NCBI GenBank assembly: GCA_001643675.2
Contig: LSRY02000010.1
Span: 1,860,001 to 1,924,000, forward strand
From: Monocercomonoides exilis PA203
Lineage: Eukaryota; Protista; Preaxostyla
DNA length: 64,000 bases
Direction: 5' to 3'
Position numbers and translations under genes: made by a program. The notes under the pieces are model-generated. The model saw only the letters and a program-made list of their open reading frames with translations, did not search any database and was not told the origin of the DNA. This document shows, in pieces, positions 1-11,573 of the stretch. How positions within the stretch are numbered: the stretch's first letter is position 1; the number at the start of each line of letters is the position of its first letter.

Positions 1-1
1 C

Positions 2-3000
2 CATTCATTCCGCATTATTCACAGAGATTTGAAACCTCCGAACATCTTTGTGAACTCAGACAACGTTATCAAGATCGGAGATTTTGGGCTGGCGGTGTCG
101 TCGAAGAGGAAGAGGAAGCAGAAGAAGAAAGAGAAAAGAAAGAATCAGGCGAATGGCGGAGGTGGACGAGGAAGAGGCAGAAACAGAGGAAGAAGCGATG
201 ACGATGCACATTTAGACTCATCTCTTTCTCCTTCCTCTTCTTCTGATTCTGATTCTGATTCGTCCTCATCCTCTTCCTCCACTTCTTCCTCTTCTTCTTC
301 AGATGGCTCACACAACTCCTTCCTCAGCAACAATGACACAGACGATGCAGACGTCTTTGGCAGTGGTGACGAAGACGATCTGAGCGACTCCGAAATGAAA
401 CGGCCAGAGCGCACGAGGAATGTGGGGACACCTTATTACATTCCACCCGAAGGGAAAGAGGGACATTATGATGAGAAGTTCGATATGTTCTCGTTGGGAA
501 TCATTCTGTTTGAGATATTTTACTCGAAGAACATCACAACTGCACAGGAGAGGAGGGAGAAGCTGCTGAATGTGCGGCAGCGCATCTTCCCACCGGACTT
601 CTCGAAGGAATACCCGAGGCAATACCTCATCCTTCAGCAGCTGCTCGACCCTGATCCAGACAAAAGACCTTCGTCGAATGAGCTGCTGAACCATCCATTC
701 CTCCCTCCATTCACTGCAGACAAGAGTCTCACGAAGGCGCTGCGGAATGTGACTGACCCGCGCTCTTCGTTCAGAACAGACATGCTCCGCACGATGTTCA
801 CACACCCAACAGCACTCCACACATACGCCGCAACAATGCTGACGAAGCAGAAGATCACAAAGAGACAGAAGGGAGACATCTTATCGAACGCTGCCCTGCT
901 TCCTCCATCTTCTTCTTCCTCACCTTCCTCTTCTTCCTCCACTTCTCTTCTCTCACTCACCGAAAAAGCGAACTCTCTCTATGTTACTCCCTTGAGCTAT
1001 GGCTTCTCCTTCACTCCAGACGGCCGCCGCACAGCGCCTGGTGTTGGGATGCCTTCAGCTGTGCCGCTGGGGCTGACTGTCCCTTCTCCCTCAAAAGTGT
1101 GCTGGCCAGCTCTTTCTCGTATCGCCTCCTTCATCTGCGAGCTCCATGGCGCAAGGCACATCCCCTCGCCAATCCTGTTTCCCTCAGTGAAGCTGCCTCA
1201 TTCTGTGCCTTCATACGAGTTTCTGGCGCCTTCTGGTGCACTTGTCTCTCTCAGACCTGATCTTGTCACTCCATTTGCAGCAGATCTTCCTCACATCTTG
1301 AAGCAGGTCGGAGCAATCAGAAGGTTTGATGTGGATCGTGTGTGGGTGCCGAGGAAGAGCGAGGAGAGAATAGGAAGAGCAGATGCAGCGGGAGAGTTTG
1401 GAGGAGGAAATAGTGGAGGCAGCGGAGGAGGGATAAATTGCTTTGTGCCAGTGGCAGAAGAACAGCTGGTGTGCTCATTTGATGTGGTGGTGTGCTCAAC
1501 ACTGGCTCGTATAAGGCAGAGAGGGAGCAGCATCAACAGAGTTATAAGGAAGTCGAAAGGAGGAGGAGCGTCAGCTGGCTTTGATGGCACATCCAAACGT
1601 GAAGAAGGGAAGAAGAGCACAAGAATGGCATCAGACGAGATGCAGCGTGGAGGAAGCGGTGGAGCTGGCTCAATCAATCAGTCATTGTCGGCTGCATCTT
1701 TGTCTTCTGCATCATCTTCTTCTTCTATTTCTTCTTCCTCTTTCTCTTCCGCCAACTCTTCTTCCTCTTCTTCCTCCCTTGTTCCAGCCATTCTTCCCTT
1801 CGAGACCGCCTTCGATGTTATCCCCGCCACACTTCAGCTGGCTGAGTGCATTCGTGTTGGTATTGATACTGTCAAGATGATCCTCTCCCTCTGCCAGCAG
1901 CGCTCCTCTGTCATCATCACCATCCGCCTGGGACACACATCCATTGCTGCTCTTGTTGCACAGAGCTGTGGAGTTCCATTGTCAACAATCATTGCCTTGC
2001 AATCTGCTTCATCTGCTGACAGCTTCTTGTCTTCTCTTCCTCGCAATAGCACCAACGGAGGTCGTATACGTTCAAATGCTTCTTCCTCACATTCTGGTTC
2101 TTTTTCATCGACATCTTCTTCTTCTTCTTCTTCTTCTTCTTCTTCAGCTTCCTCTTCTTCCTCCTCTGATGCACCTTCCATCCTCTTCCCCACCACCAAT
2201 GGACCTTCCCCCACAGCTGTGCGGGCCTTCCGCCAGCTGATCGGCAACGACCTCTTCAACCTCCTCTGCGACCGGCGCAGCAAGTTCAGCGGCTCCGTCA
2301 AAGTTGCTTTGGGCCATCTGCACAAGTTCGCCAACCGGATTGTCGATGCTGCGCCTCGCCACGCTCTCATCCGCGCCTGCTGCGAAGTCGAACAGCTGAT
2401 GGCGTGGTGCGAGCTGCTGTCCATCTCCCCCGAGTCATTCATCTTCGACCCTCTCTTCGCAGGCGATGTGCCGTACAGGTGCGGGCTCTGCTTCGAGATC
2501 AGCGTCAGACACAGGCAGTGGAACGAGAACGAAGGGTGTTTGGTTGTTGGGACAGGAGGATTTTATGACTCGTTGGTGACTTATCTCTCACGTGCTGACA
2601 CGACACAGCTGTCTGACCCGATGCTGTGGATATACGGCACAGATGATGATGAGGATGATGAGAAGGGAGGAAGAGGAGGAGGCGGAGGAGGAAAAAGCTA
2701 CATGGGCAGAGGAAAAGCCAGGGGACGTGGAAAGGGAAGAGCAGGAATGGGGTTCATGCTCACTGCACAGGGAGATGGGAAAGCGCTGGAGCGGATTTAT
2801 TCGACAGCAGAGATTCCGACGATTGCAAGCACCGCTGGCAATGCAGCAGTAACGAATGCAGCAGCTGCCTCGGCAACATCAGCGATTGGGCTGAGTGGGC
2901 AGTCGTCAGGCACATTTGGAGGAGCGAGTGAGAGAGGCAGAGAAACAAGACTTGGTTCCAGTGCGATGGAAGAAGACAGCACAACAGCTGTTGGGATGAG

Positions 3001-6000
3001 TGCGACAGCTGGAAGAGGAGAAGGAGGAGCAGGTGGCGGTGGTGGTGGAGGAATGAATGCATTGGGTGATAAAACAGGAGATTCTAAAGTGAATATTACA
3101 CCGCCAATGAACAAGACATTGGCAAAGGGTCAGCCAGTTTCTGCGCTGATGCCACTCAAACACGAACGAAGAGACAAATCTGTTTCTGCAAAGGCGAACT
3201 TATTCCCTGCTGAGGAGATATACGGGCGGGTGTCGCATTGTGCAGCAGGTGTGCAGCTGGTGCTGAACCGACTCGCTCCTTTCTTCCACCCAGCCATGCC
3301 GATGCCCTCTTCTCTCCTGCGCCACCAGATTGTGACTGCTTCTGACAGCCGATCGTCGTACTGCCACGCTGTCTTTGTGGCTGGCTGCCTGTGGGACTAC
3401 CTGCTCCCAACCACCATCCCGCTCTTTGGTCCGCAGCAAATGCACTCTGCAATGAGCGCAGCTGCTGCTGAAGGTGTGCCGTTTGTCATCCGCATCGACC
3501 AGCAGGCGAAGAAGAAGCCCATATTGGAGGTGCTGGCACTGGACTCGTTTGTGGCACAGAGAGAAGATTTGTTTGAAGAGAACGCAGACGCTGCTGTGGC
3601 TGCGCTTTCAGACGTAGCCTCGTGTCTTGTGGGTCTTTCTGAACAGTCTGGTGCCTCTTCCGCCCCACCAAACTCAGCCATCAGTGCATCCCTGGCACAG
3701 CAGGCAAGTGAAATGCATATCTCTTCTCCACACATTCGAAGTGTTGCTCCGCTGTTTGAACAAACAAATGCACTTTTGGAAATTCCACCATTTAAAGCAC
3801 TGACTGAGACTGTTGGCTACAGTGCACTCCAATCACCTTCATTCGCCTTTGGCGGATCGGCTTCTGGTGGAGGAGGAAGTGGAGGAATTGGCGGAGGCAG
3901 TGGTGGTGGAATGGGTAGCAGTGGAGGAAGTGGCGGAGGAGGAGGCAGTGGCTCTGCTTCTTTGGGAGGCTCCGCATCGTCCTCAGGGCAGACGGATGAG
4001 GCAAGTGAACAGAAAGGGTCTGGGAAGATGATGGAGAGGAGGAAGCACCTGGGCGATCGGGTTGTGAGTGCAAACAGCGACAGACGAGGAAGGAAGGACA
4101 GAGACAGCGAGAGAGGCGACGAATGGGCAGACAGAACAGACAGAGCGAAAGGAGCAGAAGGGAAAGAGAAGGAGAAGGAAAATGCACAGTCCTCGTCTGA
4201 TCTGACCAGCCAAGTCACAACAATCAGACTGCCACCGATGTTCCCATTGAATGACTCATCCATCTGCATGAAGAAGAAGAGAGGCGAGAAGGAAGTACAG
4301 ATGTGGGGAGGCATAGAGATAGCAGGCACTCACTTCTGGACATTCTCCATCTACAACTTCAAATACCAGCCGCGTTTCCCCAACCAGCTGGCGTGGTTCT
4401 GGGAGAACTTCATGGCAAGCGACCCCGAACGAGACAAGATCAAGCGCTCGATGTGGGTCATCCCGGGCGTCCAGCTCTCAACTCCGTTTCTCGCGTCTCG
4501 TTTGGATCAAACCAGATCTCCTTCACTTCCAGCTGCTTACGGCTCATCTTCAGCTCTTTCACAGAACTTGAGGTCGTCTGCATACTCAATGTATTTTCTT
4601 CCATCACACATCAACGTCACTTCATCGTATCTTCCCACACCATCTGCTGCTTCTTTGGCTGCTTTTTCATCGTCTTCCTCTTCTTCCTCTTCCTCGTCCT
4701 CGTCATCATCCTCTTCTTCTTCCTCCTCCTCTTCCTCTCAGAACTCCTCCTCCACTTCACCCTTCGAGATCCCCACACGCAGCGGAATCGACCCACTCTA
4801 TCCAATCGCGCCTTCCTTCATGTTTCCTTCTTTCTTCTTCGCAGACGACGACACGCCACTCCGCAACGAAGTCCTGCCACTCATCCACGACTGGCACAAG
4901 TACCCTCAGCCAGGCAACCTTCGTGTGGACCATCCATCTCTCATCGCCTCTGGCAGAATCCCTCCGTTTGCCCTCAGCTTCCAGCCGACCACTTCTTCTG
5001 CTGACGGCCACACCCCGCAGCTGTCTGCCATTTCTTCCCCGTCTTCCTTCGGCGCTCCTCTTTCTCCTCTTCATTACTCAGTCGCCCCACCTTCCATGTG
5101 CCTCACCGACACCTCCTCACTCGATGCTTCATTGGCTGCCATGACTTCTTCATTCAGCGACTATCACCCAGACATCGGCTCTCTTCCCTCATTCCATTCC
5201 TCTAACATCTCAACAGCCTCTGCCATCTCTTCGCTCACAAACTCTGTTGCCTCCCTCGTCTCCTCTGGATATTCAGTTGGATCATCTCCTTCTTCGCTTT
5301 CCTCTTCTTCTTCTGCTTCTTCCTCTTCTTCTCAGTCATCTCAGTCAGGTTCTTCTTCTTCTTCTTCTTCTTCATTTCAATCTTCATTTCGCCGTCAACC
5401 CCAATCCTCTTCGTATGCTTCGTATTCCTCCTCCTCTCCTTCTCAAGTGCTTCTCAAACGCTCTCTTCTGCCTGCACTGCCTCGCAGTCTGCTTCCTCTG
5501 TCAAATGTTGTGCCTCTTCCTGCTCCTCTTCTCCCCTCTCTGACCAAAACAAACGCCTTCCAGAACATCACCGACTGCTCCTTCTTGTTCCACATCGGCA
5601 CAAAATGCCCAGCTGACCTGCCTTTCCTTCTTTTCTACCGCAACTCCTCCATCTTCTACCTTCCTTCCTCTCATCCTGCTAACGGCACCTGCTCTTCTTC
5701 CCAGCCTTATCTTTCCTATTCCAACCAGCCTAACTCACACGTCGCCTCCAACAAGACAATCGCTCTTCTCTCTTCCAAAAAGCCTGATTCATCCAAACGC
5801 GACTCCTCGTCCTCTTCTTCCCGTTCTTCTTCTTCCTCCTCCTCATCTCGTTCTTCCTCTTCATCTGCCTACTGCATTGAAGACAGCGACACTTCACCAG
5901 TCACATTCGACACATCCACCTCATCTGAAGAGCACGACAAGAACTTTCCTTCTGATGACTCTTCTTACTCTTCCTCGCCTGAACGCAACCCAACCCCGTC

Positions 6001-6847
6001 TGTCTCTCCATCCACCACACCTTCTCCCACCCCTTCTTCCTCTGCCTCTCCTTCCATTCCCTTTGCTCGCCGCCCGCCTCGTTCTCCTCCTTCTGCGCCT
6101 TCTGCCCCTTCCGCCACTCAGCTGCAGCACAGCCAGTTCAATCGGCACGGACACAGCCACAGCCACCGCAGACTGCCCTTCTTCACTCCGCTCCACAACT
6201 CACTCGCTGCCACCTCCTCCTCTGCCTCTTATCTCAGCTACAAGCCTGTGCCTATCAAGTCCTGGCTGTGTGCCCTCTTCCCGCGCAGAGAGACACGCCA
6301 CTCGTTTGTGCAGATGCTGGTGATGCTGTTTGCGCGTATTGACAGACAGCAGACGGCTCGCTGCTCTTTCTTCGGCTACAACGAGTCTGCAGTCTTTGAG
6401 CAGCCCTATATGTCTTCTGTTCCCCTCTCTCAGATTTCACTCCCTGCTTCACAGCAGCCTCTGTCATCCACATCCCACCCTGCTTTGTCTCTGCGCTCTC
6501 CCTCGTCTGTCACTGGGCCATCGCTCGGCCGTCCTCCTTCTCCTTCTCCCTCTGTCTCTTCCCTCTCTTCACTTACAGCCCGTGCCCCGTCTGAGGAAAG
6601 GGCCTCGTATCCATATGGAGTCACTTCCTCAGCGATGGCTGTTGGCAGAGCAGCAAGTGAAAGGGCAGAGTTTGCTGCGCCGAAGCCAAAAGCGAAGCCC
6701 CGCCCGAAGAAGCTGCAAGCAGAGCAGCAGCACGAATACCTGTCGAATGGGCGGATGGTGATTGAGAAGTTTTCGACACTTCTGAAACAGGCTAACTCAG
6801 ATTCACCACAAAAGCCAAGGAACAAGAAAGAGAAGAAGAAGAATTAG
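2..6847 (+). CDS. GCN2: GCN2-like eIF2-alpha kinase, 5'-partial: kinase C-lobe, HisRS-like domain and long low-complexity C-terminal region in one ~6.8 kb exon
   Basis: The frame is open from base 2. Kinase motifs: HRDLKPPNIF, KIGDFGLA, VGTPYYIPPE, DMFSLGIILFE, DPDKRPS. Degenerate HisRS-like motifs follow (LRPDLVTPFA, RRFDVDRVW, YRCGLCFEI, VGTGGFYDSL). Kinase plus HisRS-like architecture is diagnostic of GCN2. Stop TAG at 6845-6847. Confidence 0.85.
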   Translation, partial: HSFRIIHRDLKPPNIFVNSDNVIKIGDFGLAVSSKRKRKQKKKEKRKNQANGGGGRGRGRNRGRSDDDAHLDSSLSPSSSSDSDSDSSSSSSSTSSSSSSDGSHNSFLSNNDTDDADVFGSGDEDDLSDSEMKRPERTRNVGTPYYIPPEGKEGHYDEKFDMFSLGIILFEIFYSKNITTAQERREKLLNVRQRIFPPDFSKEYPRQYLILQQLLDPDPDKRPSSNELLNHPFLPPFTADKSLTKALRNVTDPRSSFRTDMLRTMFTHPTALHTYAATMLTKQKITKRQKGDILSNAALLPPSSSSSPSSSSSTSLLSLTEKANSLYVTPLSYGFSFTPDGRRTAPGVGMPSAVPLGLTVPSPSKVCWPALSRIASFICELHGARHIPSPILFPSVKLPHSVPSYEFLAPSGALVSLRPDLVTPFAADLPHILKQVGAIRRFDVDRVWVPRKSEERIGRADAAGEFGGGNSGGSGGGINCFVPVAEEQLVCSFDVVVCSTLARIRQRGSSINRVIRKSKGGGASAGFDGTSKREEGKKSTRMASDEMQRGGSGGAGSINQSLSAASLSSASSSSSISSSSFSSANSSSSSSSLVPAILPFETAFDVIPATLQLAECIRVGIDTVKMILSLCQQRSSVIITIRLGHTSIAALVAQSCGVPLSTIIALQSASSADSFLSSLPRNSTNGGRIRSNASSSHSGSFSSTSSSSSSSSSSSASSSSSSDAPSILFPTTNGPSPTAVRAFRQLIGNDLFNLLCDRRSKFSGSVKVALGHLHKFANRIVDAAPRHALIRACCEVEQLMAWCELLSISPESFIFDPLFAGDVPYRCGLCFEISVRHRQWNENEGCLVVGTGGFYDSLVTYLSRADTTQLSDPMLWIYGTDDDEDDEKGGRGGGGGGKSYMGRGKARGRGKGRAGMGFMLTAQGDGKALERIYSTAEIPTIASTAGNAAVTNAAAASATSAIGLSGQSSGTFGGASERGRETRLGSSAMEEDSTTAVGMSATAGRGEGGAGGGGGGGMNALGDKTGDSKVNITPPMNKTLAKGQPVSALMPLKHERRDKSVSAKANLFPAEEIYGRVSHCAAGVQLVLNRLAPFFHPAMPMPSSLLRHQIVTASDSRSSYCHAVFVAGCLWDYLLPTTIPLFGPQQMHSAMSAAAAEGVPFVIRIDQQAKKKPILEVLALDSFVAQREDLFEENADAAVAALSDVASCLVGLSEQSGASSAPPNSAISASLAQQASEMHISSPHIRSVAPLFEQTNALLEIPPFKALTETVGYSALQSPSFAFGGSASGGGGSGGIGGGSGGGMGSSGGSGGGGGSGSASLGGSASSSGQTDEASEQKGSGKMMERRKHLGDRVVSANSDRRGRKDRDSERGDEWADRTDRAKGAEGKEKEKENAQSSSDLTSQVTTIRLPPMFPLNDSSICMKKKRGEKEVQMWGGIEIAGTHFWTFSIYNFKYQPRFPNQLAWFWENFMASDPERDKIKRSMWVIPGVQLSTPFLASRLDQTRSPSLPAAYGSSSALSQNLRSSAYSMYFLPSHINVTSSYLPTPSAASLAAFSSSSSSSSSSSSSSSSSSSSSSSSQNSSSTSPFEIPTRSGIDPLYPIAPSFMFPSFFFADDDTPLRNEVLPLIHDWHKYPQPGNLRVDHPSLIASGRIPPFALSFQPTTSSADGHTPQLSAISSPSSFGAPLSPLHYSVAPPSMCLTDTSSLDASLAAMTSSFSDYHPDIGSLPSFHSSNISTASAISSLTNSVASLVSSGYSVGSSPSSLSSSSSASSSSSQSSQSGSSSSSSSSFQSSFRRQPQSSSYASYSSSSPSQVLLKRSLLPALPRSLLPLSNVVPLPAPLLPSLTKTNAFQNITDCSFLFHIGTKCPADLPFLLFYRNSSIFYLPSSHPANGTCSSSQPYLSYSNQPNSHVASNKTIALLSSKKPDSSKRDSSSSSSRSSSSSSSSRSSSSSAYCIEDSDTSPVTFDTSTSSEEHDKNFPSDDSSYSSSPERNPTPSVSPSTTPSPTPSSSASPSIPFARRPPRSPPSAPSAPSATQLQHSQFNRHGHSHSHRRLPFFTPLHNSLAATSSSASYLSYKPVPIKSWLCALFPRRETRHSFVQMLVMLFARIDRQQTARCSFFGYNESAVFEQPYMSSVPLSQISLPASQQPLSSTSHPALSLRSPSSVTGPSLGRPPSPSPSVSSLSSLTARAPSEERASYPYGVTSSAMAVGRAASERAEFAAPKPKAKPRPKKLQAEQQHEYLSNGRMVIEKFSTLLKQANSDSPQKPRNKKEKKKN

Positions 6848-7405
6848 GAGATGAAAAAAATAAAAATGTGAAAATTTTAGGAGAAATAAAATTGTTAGAA
6901 ATGTTCGGAATTTGTTGATTGTTGTTATCTTTGTGTCACTTCACCTAGTCAATAAAGATTGACTGGCTTTTCTTTTTATTACATTTGTGATAAAATTCTG
7001 TTTGTTTAAAATATTTTCTGGTAAAATTGTCACAAAAATCCTTACACCTTCTATTGTCTCAAAGCTCAATAAAAATAGTGAAAGTTACAAATGAAAAAGC
7101 AAAAATTTGGAAGAACAACGAAAATTGCAGGAAAGGAAACATGAAAGGCTTTCAAAAATAACTTCAAAAATAACTTCAAAATGAGTAACATTAATAAATA
7201 ATCTATTAGATAAATGATAATTCCAACACTATTTTTCTCGTTTTCTTTTCTGCAACTTTCATTCAAGCAAAGAAAGAGAAGAATGCTCAAACAAAAATAA
7301 AATGCAAAATTAATAATTTTTTTCTTTTTTTTTCATTTTTAAATCTTGAAGAATTCAATGCGCCCGCCAATTCATTGTTGAATTGCTGAAGTGAGTGGGA
7401 GAGGA

Positions 7406-9305
7406 CTATCCTTGTATCCCGTATTCCTTCGTCCATTTATCGCATTCCGCAACATCCCTCGGAGAAACAGATGGCCGAGTGTGCTTTAGAGATGAAAGCA
7501 TGTGCTCCTATAAATTGTATAGTGCAATATAGAAAACAAAACAAAGCAAGAAAATTTAAATAAAATAAAATAAAATAAAATAAAATAAAAAATAAAAAAT
7601 AAAATAAAATAAAATAAAATAAAATAAAGGAATATTTTTGAATAATACCATTGTGACTGGAGGAGTGTGCAATTCATTTGGAGGAATGCTCATCAAATTC
7701 ATTGCCACTGCACCTGGCTCAGATGCCGACACGCCCACCCATTTCTCTGTCGTGGTGCCGTCATCCTCTGTAATGGGGCACTTTTTGAAATGTGTTGTTT
7801 TCTGTAGTTGTCTAATCGGCTGCATAAGCGCATCACGCACAACAATAGACACATCCGATCCGGAAAATCTGAAAAGCAAAACAATAATTTTTTTTTTCAA
7901 ATGAAAGGAATTATTTTCAATAAAATATTTGCAGAAAAATAATTATTATTATAATTAATTCGATTATTTCCATCAACAACTTAACAAACCCTTCGGATTT
8001 TTCGCCCAAAATCCTGAAGTCTTCGTCTGTTAAAGTGTTTGGTGTCTTTCCTAAATGGATACGGAACATTTCTTTTCTTGCATTTGCATCCGGAAGAGTT
8101 ATCAAAATTCTCTTTTCAAATCTTCTGATGACTGCTGAATCCAAATCCCATGGCCTGTTGGTTGCGCCCAAAAATAGGATCCCGTCATTCTGTGTGCCGA
8201 CGCCTTGCATCTGCACCAGCAGCTCCGTCTTCACTCCCCTATGTGCATTTGAGTCATATTCTCCTCTCTTTCCGGCAATTGAATCGATTTCATCGATAAA
8301 CACAATAGATGGTTTGTTCTCTCGTGCCATTTCAAAAAGAGAGCGCACAAGCCTTTCACTTTCCCCGATCCATTTCGATATCAGATCTGAAGAAGAAATA
8401 GAAAAGAATGTTGCATCAACTTCTGTTGCAACTGCTTTCGCCAAAAATGATTTTCCTGTTCCGGGTGGCTTAAAAAAAATAACAGAAAGAAATAAATTTC
8501 ATTAAAAATCGTTGATAACAAAGAGACACATAAAAATATCAGTTATTTCGTTTTTTAAAAGGCTTTTTTTCTTCAAACCCCATAGAGCAAAATTCCTTTC
8601 CAAGGCTTTCGTTCACCAACAAATAAGTCTGGAAACTTTATTGGAAGAATAGCGGCTTCACTCAAAGATTGTTTTGCATTGTCCAATCCAGCCACGTCAT
8701 CCCATTTAACATTCGGCTTTTCTCTAACAATTGCACCTTCCAGAGCATCTTTCAATTCTTTGTTTTCACCATCGTGTCCAGAACCTTTTCTATAATAAAC
8801 GTGTGAAGCGGATCAGTAATATGTGAACAAAAAAGTACAATTTATTGATATACGATTTTGATTTTTTCTCATCTGTTTTTGGAGGAACTTTGCCTTTCTC
8901 GAGTTGAGGAAGTTGTTTTTCGATTTCATCGGCTCGGTTTAACATATCTGTCAGAATCTCTTTGTTTTTTGCTTTTGTTTCAGAATTGCTTTCATCTAAA
9001 AATTGAATTTGTTTTTTTTTAAATTGTGCACTTTTCTAATAACAGAACAAGAACAAACATTTCATTGCAAAAGACAATGCTTGACAACTACTTCTATATT
9101 TATCCAAAGCTAATCGAAATACTTTTGCATTTTCTGCTGCAATCGCAGCTTCTCTAAGCTCCATCGCCTGGTTTTTGGAAAGAAATATAAATGGAAATTT
9201 TATTCAAAATTAGTAACAAAAAATAGATGTACATTTCATGAATGAATTTTTTCCTGGTGCATTCAATTTCCAAACCTGATCCACAAAGAACTGTGAATTT
9301 GCCAT
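7406..9305 (-). CDS. VPS4: VPS4 AAA-ATPase (ESCRT-III disassembly), multi-exon
   Basis: Spliced reading gives an N-terminal MIT domain ([25 protein letters not shown]...RADEIEKQL), [12 protein letters not shown], Walker A LLYG/PPGTGKS split by an intron, Walker [47 protein letters not shown] and a Vps4_C tail (TRPSVS...KWTKEYG). Stop TAG at 7406-7408. Confidence 0.95.
7555..7627. repeat. (AAAAT)n pentanucleotide microsatellite in the last VPS4 intron
   Basis: Tandem TAAAA/TAAAAA units are directly visible. Confidence 0.9.
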
Positions 9306-9659
9306 TTTTGATCAACTAACCATATTCATGTTTTCAAAATCTTTTTCTTTTTTTTTTCACTTTTTGATTCATAGATAGAAATGGTTCGAATGAAAAAATT
9401 TATTAACACTGTTTATATGGCAAATTAAATCTTCATCCCCATCAATTGTTTTTCGCAAAAGAACTTAAAAAAAAAAAAATAAATTTGTTGTGAATAATTT
9501 TTTGTGTATTTTTTAAATATTTTAATATTGAAGAATAAAGATAACTTGATTTGAAAATGCGCTCTGTACACTCAATTAACAATATGTAATAAATATTATT
9601 TATTTAAACAAAAAAAATTTTTTTTAAATATAAAAATAAAGTATAAAAATTTAGTCAAA

Positions 9660-11476
9660 TCATGCAAGTTCATGACATGAAGCCAAATACAAGAGTTGGG
9701 AATCAATGGCATGGATTTGAGAATCTTTAAAATACAAAATCAAGATAAACTCATATTAATGGATTATAAGTTTTTAATAATTTACTTTTATCATGGAACC
9801 TTTAAAATAGACGAGGGTTATATCTCGAGAAGATGCCTTCAATACCATAATCAATGTCATATCTCGGTTTTGTGGGAGGGGTTCCTTTTATCATCCAGAA
9901 GGAATCAACATTATCTTTTTGTCGCAGAGATTCCACAACATCGCGCAATCCTGACTCTTCCAGCGCGTCTTCCAGCTTGCTGTATAATATCGCCCCTGTG
10001 TTGTCGTGCTTCTCCGCTTCCTCTTCATCCTCTACGAAGTCAACGGTGTCGCATTTCGCGATCTGTTTGGTGCTCAAATACATTCCGAAGCAAGCTGGAA
10101 GACATACCTCTTTCTCCTTGTAAGTTATGCCACTCCAGCTTCTCGAAAGATTTTGACGAAAGGCAAAGTCGATTGTTGGGTTTTTCTTCGTCTGTTCAAT
10201 TATGCTATTCACAGGCTTGATCTGCTCGAGACGCAGCTTGCGCGAGGGGAGTGTGAAGATAAGTGAAGTCTCGCGAATGCTAACAACAGCCTTGATAATT
10301 AGAGAGTACTGGCAATTCCTCCGTTCCACCATCCATTTCACCAGCTCAGACACAAACCCCATCTCAAACGCATACGGCAGCTCGCTCGAAACCTTCATCA
10401 GAACAGCAGCGGCAGTCAACGCCAGCATCAAGGGCACAGCCTCCAGCGAAGACGAATGAAAATGGTTGTTCATCTGGATGCCGATGGCAAGCGGAGCACG
10501 CAACTGAAAGCGGCAGGACAATTTCTGGATGATATTGCGAAAGAATGGGTGCAGAACAATTACATCAGCATTCTTCCGATTTGCAATGACTGCAGATAAA
10601 ATGCAGCCGAACCTGTGATTCAAGCGGTGGGCAGTGAACGAGTAGTGGTAAGGCTTGACAGGCAGCTTGCGTTTGTATTCAACTTGTGCGTGCAAAGGAT
10701 CCATCGCAAAATGATTTAAGTTTGCAACAATAAAAGGCAGAGCAATTGTGACTCCGTACGACTGCGCATCAGAGAAAGACAAAGAGGCCACGTCGTAGTC
10801 ACTCCCTGTCAAGAAATCGCTCATGACAGGCACGAAGGCAGCCAGCGACAGGTCGTTAGGCATCGCCCTGTGTCTTCTGAGCAGATAAGGATCGTTGTCT
10901 TCCCAATTGGCATCCCATCCGGGTGAAGAATAAGTTGGATCCTTTTCTCTTGCGATGATGTCTGACGTCTCCTTTTCTATCAAAAGAAGGTCAGCAGAAA
11001 TCTGTGACTCGACCTCAGGCAAACAACGCAACAGCATAGAATCAGGCATCACCATAAACAAGAGTTCTACACAAGAAGCAGCCAGGGTGTAAAAGCGTTT
11101 CATTGGAAAACTGGGAAAATGTGAATGAAAAATAAAAATAAAACATGTGAATGGAGTTGTTGTTGTGATGAAATTGATGGAGGAAGAAGGAAAATTCAAG
11201 CAAATACAAAATGGTGAAGGCAGACTTCATTAGTCGCTTTAAACGATCCAATAATGCTGTGAACAAAATTTCAGGTGCTTTTTCAATGTTTCTTCGATTT
11301 GTTTGAGACTCTAACAAGATAAAAAAGTGTCAAAGCCAAACAAAAACAAAAATGTGTTAAATTCAAAAATGGAATTAATCAAAATAAATAAATAAAAAGA
11401 AAGAATTGAAAATATGAATAAAACATAAAACCAAAATTTTATGCAGTTCATGCACATATCAACAGTATAAGCATTC

Positions 11477-11509
<33 letters not shown>

Positions 11510-11542
11510 TGAAGATAGATAGAGAGAGAGAGAAAGAGAAAG

Positions 11543-11573
<31 letters not shown>

